A DNA stretch of 64,000 nt. Origin: a bacterium (GTDB lineage: Bacteria; Margulisbacteria; WOR-1; O2-12-FULL-45-9; XYB2-FULL-48-7). Position numbers and translations under genes: made by a program. The notes under the pieces were generated by a model. That model was not told where the DNA came from. It worked only from the letters and a program-made list of their open reading frames with translations, and made no database searches. The stretch lies in the NCBI GenBank assembly GCA_043812655.1, contig JBDRLW010000046.1, forward strand, positions 8,452 to 72,451, given 5' to 3'. Each line of letters starts with the position of its first letter. Within the stretch, counting starts at the first letter, position 1. Shown piece by piece: positions 41,502-50,609 of this stretch.

Positions 41502-43952
41502 TTATACTTTTTTATTTAAAGATTTTAATCCCTCAAACCAAGCGAGGCAGAGAAGCGCGCCAAAAATCGAAATAACAAGGCCATAAGCGGGGATCGGGGC
41601 AAAATGGAAGAGAGAGCGCAAAAATGGGATATAAAGTACAGTTAATAGAGCTATAATCGCTCCGCTAACGACCCACCACAAAGCCTTATTTTGTTCATTA
41701 ATGACCGACAAGGCATTTTGCGACCGGGATAAATTAGTCAGGATTAAAATTATATTAGAAAATACCATTGCCGCGAAAGAAGTGGTCCTAGCTTGGTCAG
41801 CGCTCATTCCTGTCCATAATGACCAAATATAGATAAGAAAAACAATAATTAAAACGCTAAAGCCTTGCAATAAGCTAAGAAATAGGGCAGATCGGTTAAA
41901 CAATGGGTCTTTTAGGTCGCGAGGCGGTTTGTTCATGGTGTCTTTATCTTCCGGCTCGGCTTCAAAAACAGTGGAACAAGCGGGATCAATTATCAATTCC
42001 AGGAACGCGATGTGGGCTGGCAATAGAACGATCGGCAGATTAAATAAGATCGGCAGAAGCGACATGCCGGCGATCGGGATATGGACGGCAAAAACATAGG
42101 AAATGGCTTTTTTTAAGTTTTCGAAGATCCTGCGGCCAAGCCTGACAGCCGCGACGATCGAAGAAAAATCATCGTTAAGCAAGACAAGATCTGACGATTC
42201 CCGGGCAACATCGGTCCCGCGCTCGCCCATGGCCACGCCAATATGAGCTGCTTTAAGGGCAGGAGCATCATTAACGCCGTCACCGGTCATGGCGACTATT
42301 TCCCCATTCGCTTTAAGGGCGCTGATGATCGCTAGCTTTTGTTCCGGGACAACTCGGGCAAAAATATTGGTAGTTCTAATTTTATTTCTTAATTCTTCGG
42401 CGCTAAGCTTTTCCAGTTCCGGACCGGTGATATAATTTTCCGGATCATTCAAGCCGATCTGCCGGGCGATAAATTGCGCGGTCGAAGGATAATCGCCGGT
42501 TATCATGATCACTCTTATCCCGGCGCCGTAAGCTTCTTTTATCGCTCCAGGGACAGTCGGCCTAACTGGATCAACAAAGCCAAGGAGCCCGACAAACTCA
42601 AAAACAAAATCGTGTTGTTCATTTGGGAGTGGGCTTTTATCGAATGAGGCTTTAGCCACACCCAGAACTCGTAGCCCTTGGGCTGCCATCTTTTCGATCT
42701 TCTGGGTTAATTCCTCTTTCTTGGCTTCTGAAAAATGGCAGAGACCGGCGATCGCTTCGGGCGCGCCTTTTGCCGCTATTATATAATGTAAGCTGTCAGG
42801 CGACTCCCAAACGTGGGAGATAGCCAGGAGCTCTTTTGATAACTGGTACTCCCTGACCAATTGCCAGTTCTTATGGATATGTTCTGTGCCGGAAAGATAT
42901 AATTCGCCTAAACGTTTGATTTCCTTTTCGATCGGGTCAAATGGGTCATTTTGGCTAGCTAAAATACCATATTCCAATAGATCATGGTTTTCTTCGGAAG
43001 CCGTGAGGCCATCGAGTTTCAAAGCGTTTAAAGTTAAGGTCCCAGTCTTATCAACGCATAAAACCGTAGCGGCCCCAAGCGTTTCAATGGCTTGGGCCTT
43101 CCTGGTTAATACCTGGCTTTTTGAGATCCGCCAAGCTCCCAAAGTTAAAAAGATAATTAAGATCACTGGGAACTCTTCTGGTAAAAGGGCCATACTTAAG
43201 GTTAGGCCGGCCAAAAAACCATTGATCCAGTCTCCCCGGGTTGATCCGTAAATAATAATGACCAGACAGCAAAAGACCAAGCCGACAACCGCAAAGGTCC
43301 GAACGATCTTCCCTGTTTCTTTCTTTAGCAATGTATCTTCGTCTTTGATCGTTTCCAGGGCTTTACCGATCTTTCCCATTTCCGATTTGGCTCCGGTCGA
43401 GGTAACCTTAGCCGTACCGTGGCCGGAGACAATTAAAGTCCCGGAAAATATCTTTAGGTCGTCAAGTTTCCTGACCGGAAAAGATTCGCCGGTCAAAAGC
43501 GATTCGTCAACGGATAAGTTGGAAGAAAAAAGTAGTGTTGCGTCAGCCGGAACCCGATCGCCTTCGCGCAGGACAATAATGTCGTCCCGGACGACTTCAC
43601 GGCCTGGGAGGCGACGCTGGTTCCCATCCCTAATGACTAACGCCCTAGGGCTGGATAAATTACGAAGGGCTTCCAGAGCCCGCTCAGTTTTTCTCTCTTG
43701 ATAAAAGGTGATGCCGATAATGACAAAGACAAAAGTGAGCAGCATTAACGCGTCTGTAATATCACCAAGAAAAACGTAAAGTAAACCGCAGACGAGGAGG
43801 AGCAGGAGCATCGGTTCGCGGACCACGCTTATTAATAATTGTAAAAAGTTCTGGCTTTTTTGCGAGGGAAGGTCGTTAAACCCTTCTTTTTTCAGGCGGA
43901 GCCTAGCTTCATTCTCACTTAAACCCTTTATGTTGTTAGGATCGAACGCCAT
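41502..43952 (-). CDS. Cation-transporting P-type ATPase (P2-like)
   Basis: LTGES, DKTGT, KGAPE, TGD, GDGVNDAPAL; TM4 PEEFP; ATG at 43952 (MAFDP). Confidence 0.93.
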   Translation of the reverse strand: MAFDPNNIKGLSENEARLRLKKEGFNDLPSQKSQNFLQLLISVVREPMLLLLLVCGLLYVFLGDITDALMLLTFVFVIIGITFYQERKTERALEALRNLSSPRALVIRDGNQRRLPGREVVRDDIIVLREGDRVPADATLLFSSNLSVDESLLTGESFPVRKLDDLKIFSGTLIVSGHGTAKVTSTGAKSEMGKIGKALETIKDEDTLLKKETGKIVRTFAVVGLVFCCLVIIIYGSTRGDWINGFLAGLTLSMALLPEEFPVILIIFLTLGAWRISKSQVLTRKAQAIETLGAATVLCVDKTGTLTLNALKLDGLTASEENHDLLEYGILASQNDPFDPIEKEIKRLGELYLSGTEHIHKNWQLVREYQLSKELLAISHVWESPDSLHYIIAAKGAPEAIAGLCHFSEAKKEELTQKIEKMAAQGLRVLGVAKASFDKSPLPNEQHDFVFEFVGLLGFVDPVRPTVPGAIKEAYGAGIRVIMITGDYPSTAQFIARQIGLNDPENYITGPELEKLSAEELRNKIRTTNIFARVVPEQKLAIISALKANGEIVAMTGDGVNDAPALKAAHIGVAMGERGTDVARESSDLVLLNDDFSSIVAAVRLGRRIFENLKKAISYVFAVHIPIAGMSLLPILFNLPIVLLPAHIAFLELIIDPACSTVFEAEPEDKDTMNKPPRDLKDPLFNRSALFLSLLQGFSVLIIVFLIYIWSLWTGMSADQARTTSFAAMVFSNIILILTNLSRSQNALSVINEQNKALWWVVSGAIIALLTVLYIPFLRSLFHFAPIPAYGLVISIFGALLCLAWFEGLKSLNKKV

Positions 43953-43959
43953 GAGAGGG

Positions 43960-43988
43960 ATTATAAGGCTTGACACCCAAAAAGGCAA
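43960..43988 (-). promoter_or_regulatory. sigma70-type promoter of P-type ATPase (probably leaderless mRNA)
   Basis: Minus strand TTGCCT (43988-83), 17 nt, TATAAT (43965-60), 7 nt, ATG. Confidence 0.6.
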
Positions 43989-43999
43989 TATGCTATTAT
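43970..43999 (+). promoter_or_regulatory. sigma70-type promoter of groESL
   Basis: TTGACA (43970-75), 18 nt, TGc-TATTAT (43994-99). Confidence 0.7.
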
Positions 44000-44000
44000 G

Positions 44001-44027
44001 TTAGCACTCGTTACAGAGGAGTGCTAA
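44001..44027. promoter_or_regulatory. CIRCE element (HrcA operator)
   Basis: Exact TTAGCACTC-N9-GAGTGCTAA upstream of groES. Confidence 0.97.
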
Positions 44028-44126
44028 TAATGAAAAATGACCTAATGTAAAATGAAAAATGAAGGTTAGAATTATTAGATAAAAAATACCTACATTTTTC
44101 ATTAAGTCATTTTTAATTTTTCATTA
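44028..44126. repeat. Inverted pair of AAATGAA-type heptamer arrays in groES leader
   Basis: AATG recurs at 44029/36/44/51/58; reverse complement of 44088-44126 closely resembles 44028-44066. Confidence 0.75.
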
Positions 44127-44150
44127 TAAAAGAAGGGGGTGAAGAAGGGT

Positions 44151-44447
44151 ATGGTAAGCAAAAAGTTGACTCCAATTGGTGACCGGGCAGTGGTGAAGCC
44201 GGAGCCGGAGGAAATCAAAACAAAGTCTGGGATCGTGCTGCCGGATTCAGCCAAAGAAAAACCGTCCGAAGGGACAGTGGTCGCGGTCGGATCTGGACGC
44301 GTCCTGGATAATGGACAAAAAGTTTCACTCGAAGTTAAGATCGGTGACAAGGTCATCTATAGTAAATACGGTGGGACAGAAGTTAAGATCGATGGTGAAG
44401 AATACATTATCTTAGCGGAACGGGATATTTTAGCAATTAGAGGATAA
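44151..44447 (+). CDS. groES: Co-chaperonin GroES
   Basis: [31 protein letters not shown]. Confidence 0.97.
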   Translation: MVSKKLTPIGDRAVVKPEPEEIKTKSGIVLPDSAKEKPSEGTVVAVGSGRVLDNGQKVSLEVKIGDKVIYSKYGGTEVKIDGEEYIILAERDILAIRG

Positions 44448-44461
44448 GGAGGTGAACTAAA

Positions 44462-46102
44462 ATGGCAGCAAAAGAAATGATGTTTGGCGATGAGGCCTGG
44501 AGGAAGCTCGAAAAGGGCGTTTCCAAAGTGGCCAAAGCAGTGATGGTGACCTTAGGCCCACGCGGTCGCAACGTGGTCCTCGAAAAGAAATGGGGTTCAC
44601 CGACAATAACGAATGACGGCGTGACGATCGCCAAGGAAATAGACCTAGAAGATCCATATGAAAATATGGGCGCGCAGCTGTTAAAAGAAGTTGCGAGCAA
44701 GACCAACGACATCGCGGGTGACGGGACTACTACCGCGACCGTTTTAGGTCACATTATATTTAAGGAAGGGTTAAAGAACGTTGTGTCCGGCGTCAATCCG
44801 ATGGCGCTAAAGCGCGGCATCCAATCCGCGGTCGAAACGGCCATCGCCGAGCTGAAAAAGCAAAGCCGGCCAGTTGAGACCAAGGAAGCGATCGCCCAGG
44901 TAGCTTCTATCTCCGCTAACAATGACATGGAGATCGGCAACCTGATCGCTGACGCGATGGAAAAAGTCGGTAAAGACGGGGTTATCACCGTTGAAGAGTC
45001 GAAAGGGATCGAGACTACCTTGGAAGTCGTGGAAGGGATGCAGTTTGATAAAGGGTATGCTTCTCCTTACATGGTAACAGATCGTGATCGGATGGAATGC
45101 GTCTTAGAAGACTGCTTCATGCTGATCACCGATAAAAAGATCAGCGCGGTCAAGGACCTGCTTCCCGCGCTTGAAAAAGTCGTCCAAGCGGGCAAGCCGC
45201 TATTGATTTTAGCCGATGAGATCGAAGGCGAAGCTTTAGCCACTTTAGTGGTCAATAAGCTGCGCGGCACGATCAATGCTGTTGCCGTTAAAGCTCCTGG
45301 TTTTGGCGATCGGCGCAAAGCAATGCTTGATGACATCGCGATCTTGACCGGCGGCGAGGTTATTTCCGAAGAAAAGGGTTTAACCTTGGAGAATGTTGAA
45401 GAAGCCTGGTTCGGTAAAGCAAAGAAAGTGATCGTCCGCAAGGAAAACACCACGATCATTGAAGGAGCCGGGACTGCTAAGGCGGTTAAAGACCGGATCG
45501 GCCAGATCAAGAAAGAGATCGACCTTTCTGATTCTTCTTATGATAAGGAGAAATTACAAGAGAGATTGGCCAAACTTTCTGGCGGTGTCGCGGTCATTAA
45601 AGCTGGCGCGGCGACCGAAACTGAGCTCAAAGAAAAGAAACACCGGATCGAAGATGCTTTATCAGCTACCCGTGCGGCAGTTGAAGAAGGGATCATCTCC
45701 GGCGGCGGTTCCGCTTTTATCCATATCCTACCAGCGTTGGCCAAACTTTTTGCCGGTCTCTCTGGCGATGAAAAAGTTGGCGCGGCGATCGTGACCAAGT
45801 CACTAGAGGAACCTCTAAGACAGATCGCGAACAATGCCGGCTGGGAAGGGTCTGTAGTTGTTGAACGGGTTAAGAAAGAAAAATCTGGCATCGGTTTTGA
45901 TGCGCAGAAATTTGATTTCGTTGACATGTTCAAAGCCGGGATCGTTGATCCGCTTAAGGTGACCCGTTCTGCCTTGCAGAATGCGGCCTCCATTGCCTCT
46001 ATGCTATTAACAACTGAAGTCTTGGTAGCAGAAAAGCCTGAAGAAGAAAAGGCCAAAATGCCGCCAATGCCTCCAGGTGGCGGGTATGGGGACATGATGT
46101 AA
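44462..46102 (+). CDS. groEL: Chaperonin GroEL
   Basis: [31 protein letters not shown]-like tail. Confidence 0.98.
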   Translation: MAAKEMMFGDEAWRKLEKGVSKVAKAVMVTLGPRGRNVVLEKKWGSPTITNDGVTIAKEIDLEDPYENMGAQLLKEVASKTNDIAGDGTTTATVLGHIIFKEGLKNVVSGVNPMALKRGIQSAVETAIAELKKQSRPVETKEAIAQVASISANNDMEIGNLIADAMEKVGKDGVITVEESKGIETTLEVVEGMQFDKGYASPYMVTDRDRMECVLEDCFMLITDKKISAVKDLLPALEKVVQAGKPLLILADEIEGEALATLVVNKLRGTINAVAVKAPGFGDRRKAMLDDIAILTGGEVISEEKGLTLENVEEAWFGKAKKVIVRKENTTIIEGAGTAKAVKDRIGQIKKEIDLSDSSYDKEKLQERLAKLSGGVAVIKAGAATETELKEKKHRIEDALSATRAAVEEGIISGGGSAFIHILPALAKLFAGLSGDEKVGAAIVTKSLEEPLRQIANNAGWEGSVVVERVKKEKSGIGFDAQKFDFVDMFKAGIVDPLKVTRSALQNAASIASMLLTTEVLVAEKPEEEKAKMPPMPPGGGYGDMM

Positions 46103-46110
46103 TTGGGTTT

Positions 46111-46129
46111 ACCCGCCGCGCAGGCGGGT
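46111..46129. repeat. Short GC-rich hairpin after groEL
   Basis: ACCCGCC-GCGCA-GGCGGGT; no U-tract, so REP-like rather than a clear terminator. Confidence 0.45.
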
Positions 46130-46157
46130 TGACAAATACAGCGACCAGCTGTAAAAT
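46129..46157 (+). promoter_or_regulatory. sigma70-type promoter of nusA-infB operon
   Basis: TTGACA, 17 nt, TAAAAT. Confidence 0.8.
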
Positions 46158-46167
46158 AAGTTCAAGT

Positions 46168-46197
46168 CGCAAAAGTGGGGTTTCTCCCACTTTTGCG
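46168..46197 (+). promoter_or_regulatory. Leader hairpin of nusA operon (rimP-leader-like attenuator)
   Basis: 12-bp stem CGCAAAAGTGGG / CCCACTTTTGCG; AGTGGG..CCCACT hairpins are typical upstream of rimP-nusA-infB. Confidence 0.65.
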
Positions 46198-46227
46198 CTT
46201 ATATGGGGTTTAGCGTGGAGGATTATT

Positions 46228-47337
46228 ATGAAAATTGAACATTTTAATGAAATGCTTGAGGAAATCCAGCGGGAACGGGGGATATCAAAAGATGGCCTGG
46301 TTTCCGCGATCAAAGCCTCTCTTTTATCGGCGGCGAAGAAGCGGTTTAAAGAAGAAGACCAGCTGGAATGCCGGATTTCCGATGATGGGGAAGTGAAAAT
46401 TTATCTTTTGGCTGAAGAAGGCGAAAAAGATGTTACTCCAGATGATTTTGGACGTTTTGCCGCCCAAACAGCAAAGCAGGTAATTATCCAACGGTTGCGT
46501 GAAGCGGAAAAAGAGGAATCATTCGAAGAATATTCAAAAAAAGCGGGAGAAGTTGTAACCGGGATCGTCCAACGCCGCGAGTTTGGCGGTTACCTGGTTA
46601 ATTTAGGCCGCTTAGAGACGATCTTACCGATATCGGAGCAGATCCCGGGGGAAATCCTGCGGGAAAGGGACCGGGTTAAATTTTATCTGGTCGAGACGAA
46701 AAGGACGCCAAAGGGACCAATGGCGCTCATTTCCAGATCGCATCCCAACTTAATTAAAAAACTTTTTGAAATGGAAATCCCGGAAATTAAAGAAGGCATT
46801 ATTGAAATTAAAGGGATCGTCAGGGAAGCGGGGAAAAGAAGCAAAGTAGCGATCTCTTCCAATGATCCTAACGTTGGGGCGGTTGGGACGTGTGTCGGCC
46901 ATATGGGGCAGAGGATCCAGAATATTATCCGCGAAATGGGGCCGGAGCGGATCGACATTGTGGAATGGAGCGACAACCCTAAAACCTTTATTAGCAATGC
47001 CTTAAGCCCGGCCAAAGTCCAAAAAATTGAATTAAATGAAGAGGAAAAAATCGCTAAGGTCTCGGTTTCCGATAAAGACCTTTCTCTAGCCATCGGAAAA
47101 GAGGGCCAGAATGTCCGCTTGGCGGTAAAACTTACAGGGTGGAAGATCGATCTTGGCTCCGAAGCGAAACCAGCCGAAAGTGAAGAAAAAAAATCAAATC
47201 TTAAAGTCCACGAATTAGCCAAGGAACTCGATCTGACCAGCAGCGAGCTGATCGCTAAGCTTCGGGAGATGGGTTTCCAGGTTAAGGCGGCCAATTCGAC
47301 CGTACCGGAAGAAGCAGTCAAACAACTGCGGGGGTAA
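46228..47337 (+). CDS. nusA: Transcription factor NusA with C-terminal IF2-N-like domain
   Basis: FGRFAAQTAKQVIIQ, S1 and KH domains, SLAIGKEGQNVRLA; SD GGAGG before ATG 46228; tail KVHELAKELDLTSSELI. Confidence 0.95.
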   Translation: MKIEHFNEMLEEIQRERGISKDGLVSAIKASLLSAAKKRFKEEDQLECRISDDGEVKIYLLAEEGEKDVTPDDFGRFAAQTAKQVIIQRLREAEKEESFEEYSKKAGEVVTGIVQRREFGGYLVNLGRLETILPISEQIPGEILRERDRVKFYLVETKRTPKGPMALISRSHPNLIKKLFEMEIPEIKEGIIEIKGIVREAGKRSKVAISSNDPNVGAVGTCVGHMGQRIQNIIREMGPERIDIVEWSDNPKTFISNALSPAKVQKIELNEEEKIAKVSVSDKDLSLAIGKEGQNVRLAVKLTGWKIDLGSEAKPAESEEKKSNLKVHELAKELDLTSSELIAKLREMGFQVKAANSTVPEEAVKQLRG

Positions 47338-47338
47338 A

Positions 47339-49318
47339 ATGGGTAAAATAAAAGTCGGTGATTTAGCAAAAGAGCTAGGCGTTGCCAACAAAGATCTATT
47401 GGCCGCCTTAAAAGATCTCGGCGTCGCCGCTAAAACTTCGGCTTCCTCGATCGATGAAGAATCCGCTAAAGTTGTAACCGAGCTCCTAAAGCCAAAAGCT
47501 AAAATTGAAACACCTAAACCTGCGCCTATTCCTGAACCTATACCTGTTCCTGTGCCTACGCCTATTCCCGTTTCAACCGGTAAAGAATTAACGATCGAAA
47601 CAGAAGATATTTCGGTCAAAGAACTATCCGAAAAACTTAAAGCTAAAGCTTCGGAAGTGATCAAAGAGCTAATGAAAAAGGGGATCATGGTGACGATGAA
47701 CCAGCGGGTGGCGGCAGAAGTGGCCAAAGAAGTTGCCAGCGCGCTTGGCAAAGAATTAGTTATTAAAGAAAAAGTTGCCCAAGCCTCAAAAGGCTTAATG
47801 AAGCCGATGACCGGGTCGCTTCGTCCGCCGATCGTGACCGTCATGGGCCACGTTGACCATGGAAAAACAAAATTACTTGACGCGATCAGATCGACTAAAG
47901 TGGCCGAAAGCGAAGCGGGGGGCATTACCCAGCATATCGGTGCTTACCAAGTTATGGTGCAAGATCGAAAGGTCACATTTTTAGATACGCCAGGCCACGA
48001 AGCTTTTACTGCTTTGCGAGCCAGGGGTGCAAAGGTTACCGATATTGTTATTTTGGTCGTCGCCGCTGATGACGGAGTGAAACCGCAAACGATCGAAGCG
48101 GTCAACCACGCTAAAGCGGCCGGTGTACCAATTATTGTCGCGATCAATAAGATCGATAAGCCAGAAGCCAATCCTGATCGGGTCAAAACCCAGTTAGCTG
48201 AGCTTGGCCTGCAAGCCGAAGACTGGGGCGGAAAGACCGTGATGGTCCCTGTTTCGGCTAAAGCCAAGACGGGAATTGAAGAGCTCCTCGAAATGGTCCT
48301 TCTAGTCGCCGACCTTGGTGAATTAAAGGCCGATGCTAATGCTAACCCGCAAGGGATAGTGATCGAATCGCGGCTTGATAAAGGGCGCGGGCCGGTAGCT
48401 AGCGTACTCGTGCAAAATGGAACTTTAAAAATTGGGGATGTCTTTACTTGCGGCGCGACTTTTGGCAAAGTCAGAGCCTTACTTAGCGATAAAAATGCCC
48501 GGCTGGAAAAAGCGCCGCCATCAATGCCGGTCGAAGTTTTAGGTTTTATGTCTGTGCCAAACCCTGGAGATGTTTTAACCGTAGTACCAACTGAAAAAGA
48601 AGCCAGAACACTTGCTGAAAACAATAAAATTGCCGATGGGCATACCCAGCGCGGGAAGGTCGTTTCGCTTGAAGATTTCTCAAAACACGTTAAAGAAGGC
48701 GAAGGGAAAGACCTAAATCTTGTCCTCAAAGCTGATGTCCAAGGTTCGTTGAGCGCGATCGTCCAATCATTGACCGACCTAAAAATGGGGAACATTGGCG
48801 TTCATATTATCCACAGTGCTGTCGGTTTGATCAATGAATCTGACATTATGCTGGCCAAAGCTTCTGGCGCCATTTTAGTTGGGTTTAATGTTGGCTATGA
48901 AGGCGGGGCAGAGTCAAAAGGTTCTGACGAAGGAGTTGAGGTCAGGTTATATAATGTTATCTACAAATTAATCGATGACGTTAAACTGGCAATGGAAGGT
49001 TTGCTTGAGCCGGAATTTGAAGAAGTTATCACCGGCCATGCCGAAGTCCGCCAGATGTTCTCTTTCTCCAAGGTTGGCTCGATCGCCGGTTGTTTTGTCA
49101 CCGATGGTAAAATGACAAGAGGGACCGGACTAAGGATCTTAAGGGATAAGAAGAAGATCTACGAGGGCAAACTTGAATCGCTCAAACGATTTAAAGAAGA
49201 CGTAAAAAGCGTGGAGCAAAATTATGAATGCGGTATCGCTATCCCCGGTTATTCTGATTTCCAGAAAGGGGATATTATCGAGAACTTTGAAGTCAGAGAG
49301 AAAAAACGCCAAGGATGA
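47339..49318 (+). CDS. infB: Translation initiation factor IF-2
   Basis: MGHVDHGKT, DTPGHEAF, NKID; two IF2-N repeats with a Pro-rich linker. Confidence 0.98.
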   Translation: MGKIKVGDLAKELGVANKDLLAALKDLGVAAKTSASSIDEESAKVVTELLKPKAKIETPKPAPIPEPIPVPVPTPIPVSTGKELTIETEDISVKELSEKLKAKASEVIKELMKKGIMVTMNQRVAAEVAKEVASALGKELVIKEKVAQASKGLMKPMTGSLRPPIVTVMGHVDHGKTKLLDAIRSTKVAESEAGGITQHIGAYQVMVQDRKVTFLDTPGHEAFTALRARGAKVTDIVILVVAADDGVKPQTIEAVNHAKAAGVPIIVAINKIDKPEANPDRVKTQLAELGLQAEDWGGKTVMVPVSAKAKTGIEELLEMVLLVADLGELKADANANPQGIVIESRLDKGRGPVASVLVQNGTLKIGDVFTCGATFGKVRALLSDKNARLEKAPPSMPVEVLGFMSVPNPGDVLTVVPTEKEARTLAENNKIADGHTQRGKVVSLEDFSKHVKEGEGKDLNLVLKADVQGSLSAIVQSLTDLKMGNIGVHIIHSAVGLINESDIMLAKASGAILVGFNVGYEGGAESKGSDEGVEVRLYNVIYKLIDDVKLAMEGLLEPEFEEVITGHAEVRQMFSFSKVGSIAGCFVTDGKMTRGTGLRILRDKKKIYEGKLESLKRFKEDVKSVEQNYECGIAIPGYSDFQKGDIIENFEVREKKRQG

Positions 49319-49695
49319 GCAGGCCAGAAAAAGCCGCCGAATTAATTAGGGCCGAAGTCAGCAAGATATTAAGGGCTAAAGTGTCGGACCCCCGGGTTGG
49401 TTTTGTCAGTATTACTTCAGTAGATGTTTCCCCAGACCTTGAAAACGCCGCGATCTATGTTAGTATCTTTGGCGGGGAAAAAGATAAAGTGGCCGCGATG
49501 GCCGGCCTTGATTCCGCGACAAGGTTTATCCGCGGCGAACTTGGCCGCCGGATAGAATTCCGCCAAGTTCCCCAGATCCGTTTTGTGCGGGATGATTCGC
49601 TGGAGAAGGGGAGTAATGTCCTAGGGATCATAAACAAGCTACATAAAGATGAAAAAACAGTTCGACCAAGTAAAAGAGCTCCTAAAAAAAGCTAA
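49315..49695 (+). CDS. rbfA: Ribosome-binding factor A
   Basis: DPRVGFVSITSVDVSPDL, VPQIRFVRDDS; follows infB. Confidence 0.95.
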   Translation: MSRPEKAAELIRAEVSKILRAKVSDPRVGFVSITSVDVSPDLENAAIYVSIFGGEKDKVAAMAGLDSATRFIRGELGRRIEFRQVPQIRFVRDDSLEKGSNVLGIINKLHKDEKTVRPSKRAPKKS

Positions 49696-50605
49696 GACAG
49701 TTATAATCGCGGCGCATGTTGACCCCGATGGCGACGCGATCGGCTCAATGCTTGCACTGGCCGGCATTTTAGAAAAACTGGGGAAATCGGTTATTTGTTA
49801 TTCGGCCGATAACTTCCCGAAAGTTTATCGATTCCTGCCTGGCGCGGACACGATCAAAAGAGAGATCCTCAATCAACAGCATTTTAACATGGCGTTCGTC
49901 CTTGATTCTTCCAACCTCGGTCGAGTTGGTGACAAGGTCGATCTCACCGAAATCACTAAAGTGATCGTTAATATTGACCATCATCCAGATAATACTAAAT
50001 TTGGAGAAGTTAATATTGTTTCCAACGCTTCTTCAACTGGTGAATTGGTCTATGAACTGGCAAAAGCTTTGCAAGTAAAGATCGATAAGCCGATCGCCGA
50101 AGCGCTTTACACGGCGATCATTACTGATACCGGTAACTTCCGCTATGAAAACACAAGCGTCAAAACTTTTGAAATAGCGGCTGAACTTTTAAAGGCGGGA
50201 GTGGATACACATACGTTAACCGGGCAAATTTATGACCGCAAAACCATCGCTTCGATCAAGATCTTAGGATTAGCACTTTCGAATTTAAGGTTTTCGCCGG
50301 ACAAAAAAATAGTTTGGACCGGCGTCAATGACCAGATGCTTAAAGAGACCGGGGCCATGGGCGAAGATCTAGTGGGAATTATCGATCATTTAAGGGCGAT
50401 CGATGGGATCGAAGTAGCTGTATTGTTCCGGCGGAAAGAAAATAAGTGCAAGGTCAATTTCCGCTCCAAAGACAAAGCCAATGTTTCGCTTATTGCGAAA
50501 AGCTTGGGCGGTGGTGGGCATGTTAAAGCAGCAGGGGCGACGATCGAAGGCGATTGTCACGACGTGGTAGAGCGCGTTATTACCGCGATCCAAAAACATC
50601 TTTAA
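49649..50605 (+). CDS. nrnA: DHH/DHHA1 oligoribonuclease / PAP phosphatase
   Basis: HVDPDGDAIGS, IDHH, TDTGNF, GGGGHVKAAG. Confidence 0.9.
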   Translation: MKKQFDQVKELLKKAKTVIIAAHVDPDGDAIGSMLALAGILEKLGKSVICYSADNFPKVYRFLPGADTIKREILNQQHFNMAFVLDSSNLGRVGDKVDLTEITKVIVNIDHHPDNTKFGEVNIVSNASSTGELVYELAKALQVKIDKPIAEALYTAIITDTGNFRYENTSVKTFEIAAELLKAGVDTHTLTGQIYDRKTIASIKILGLALSNLRFSPDKKIVWTGVNDQMLKETGAMGEDLVGIIDHLRAIDGIEVAVLFRRKENKCKVNFRSKDKANVSLIAKSLGGGGHVKAAGATIEGDCHDVVERVITAIQKHL

Positions 50606-50609
50606 CCTC

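Noticed and set aside
46129-46227. 33-aa N-terminal extension of NusA from the ORF track
   Set aside because: The TTG is the -35 box; SD GGAGG supports ATG at 46228
47330-47345. Programmed frameshift making a NusA-IF2 polyprotein
   Set aside because: No slippery heptamer; the TAA-A-ATG spacing is normal translational coupling
47512-47570. (CCT-NNN)n periodicity in infB
   Set aside because: Ordinary Pro-X linker (PKPAPIPEPIPVPVPTPIP) between IF2-N repeats; codon-level low complexity
37137-48795. Long antisense ORFs (37137-37940, 45538-46095, 46683-47369, 47215-47925, 47944-48795; also 32102-32770)
   Set aside because: Shadows of well-conserved genes on the opposite strand; no recognisable motifs or start signals
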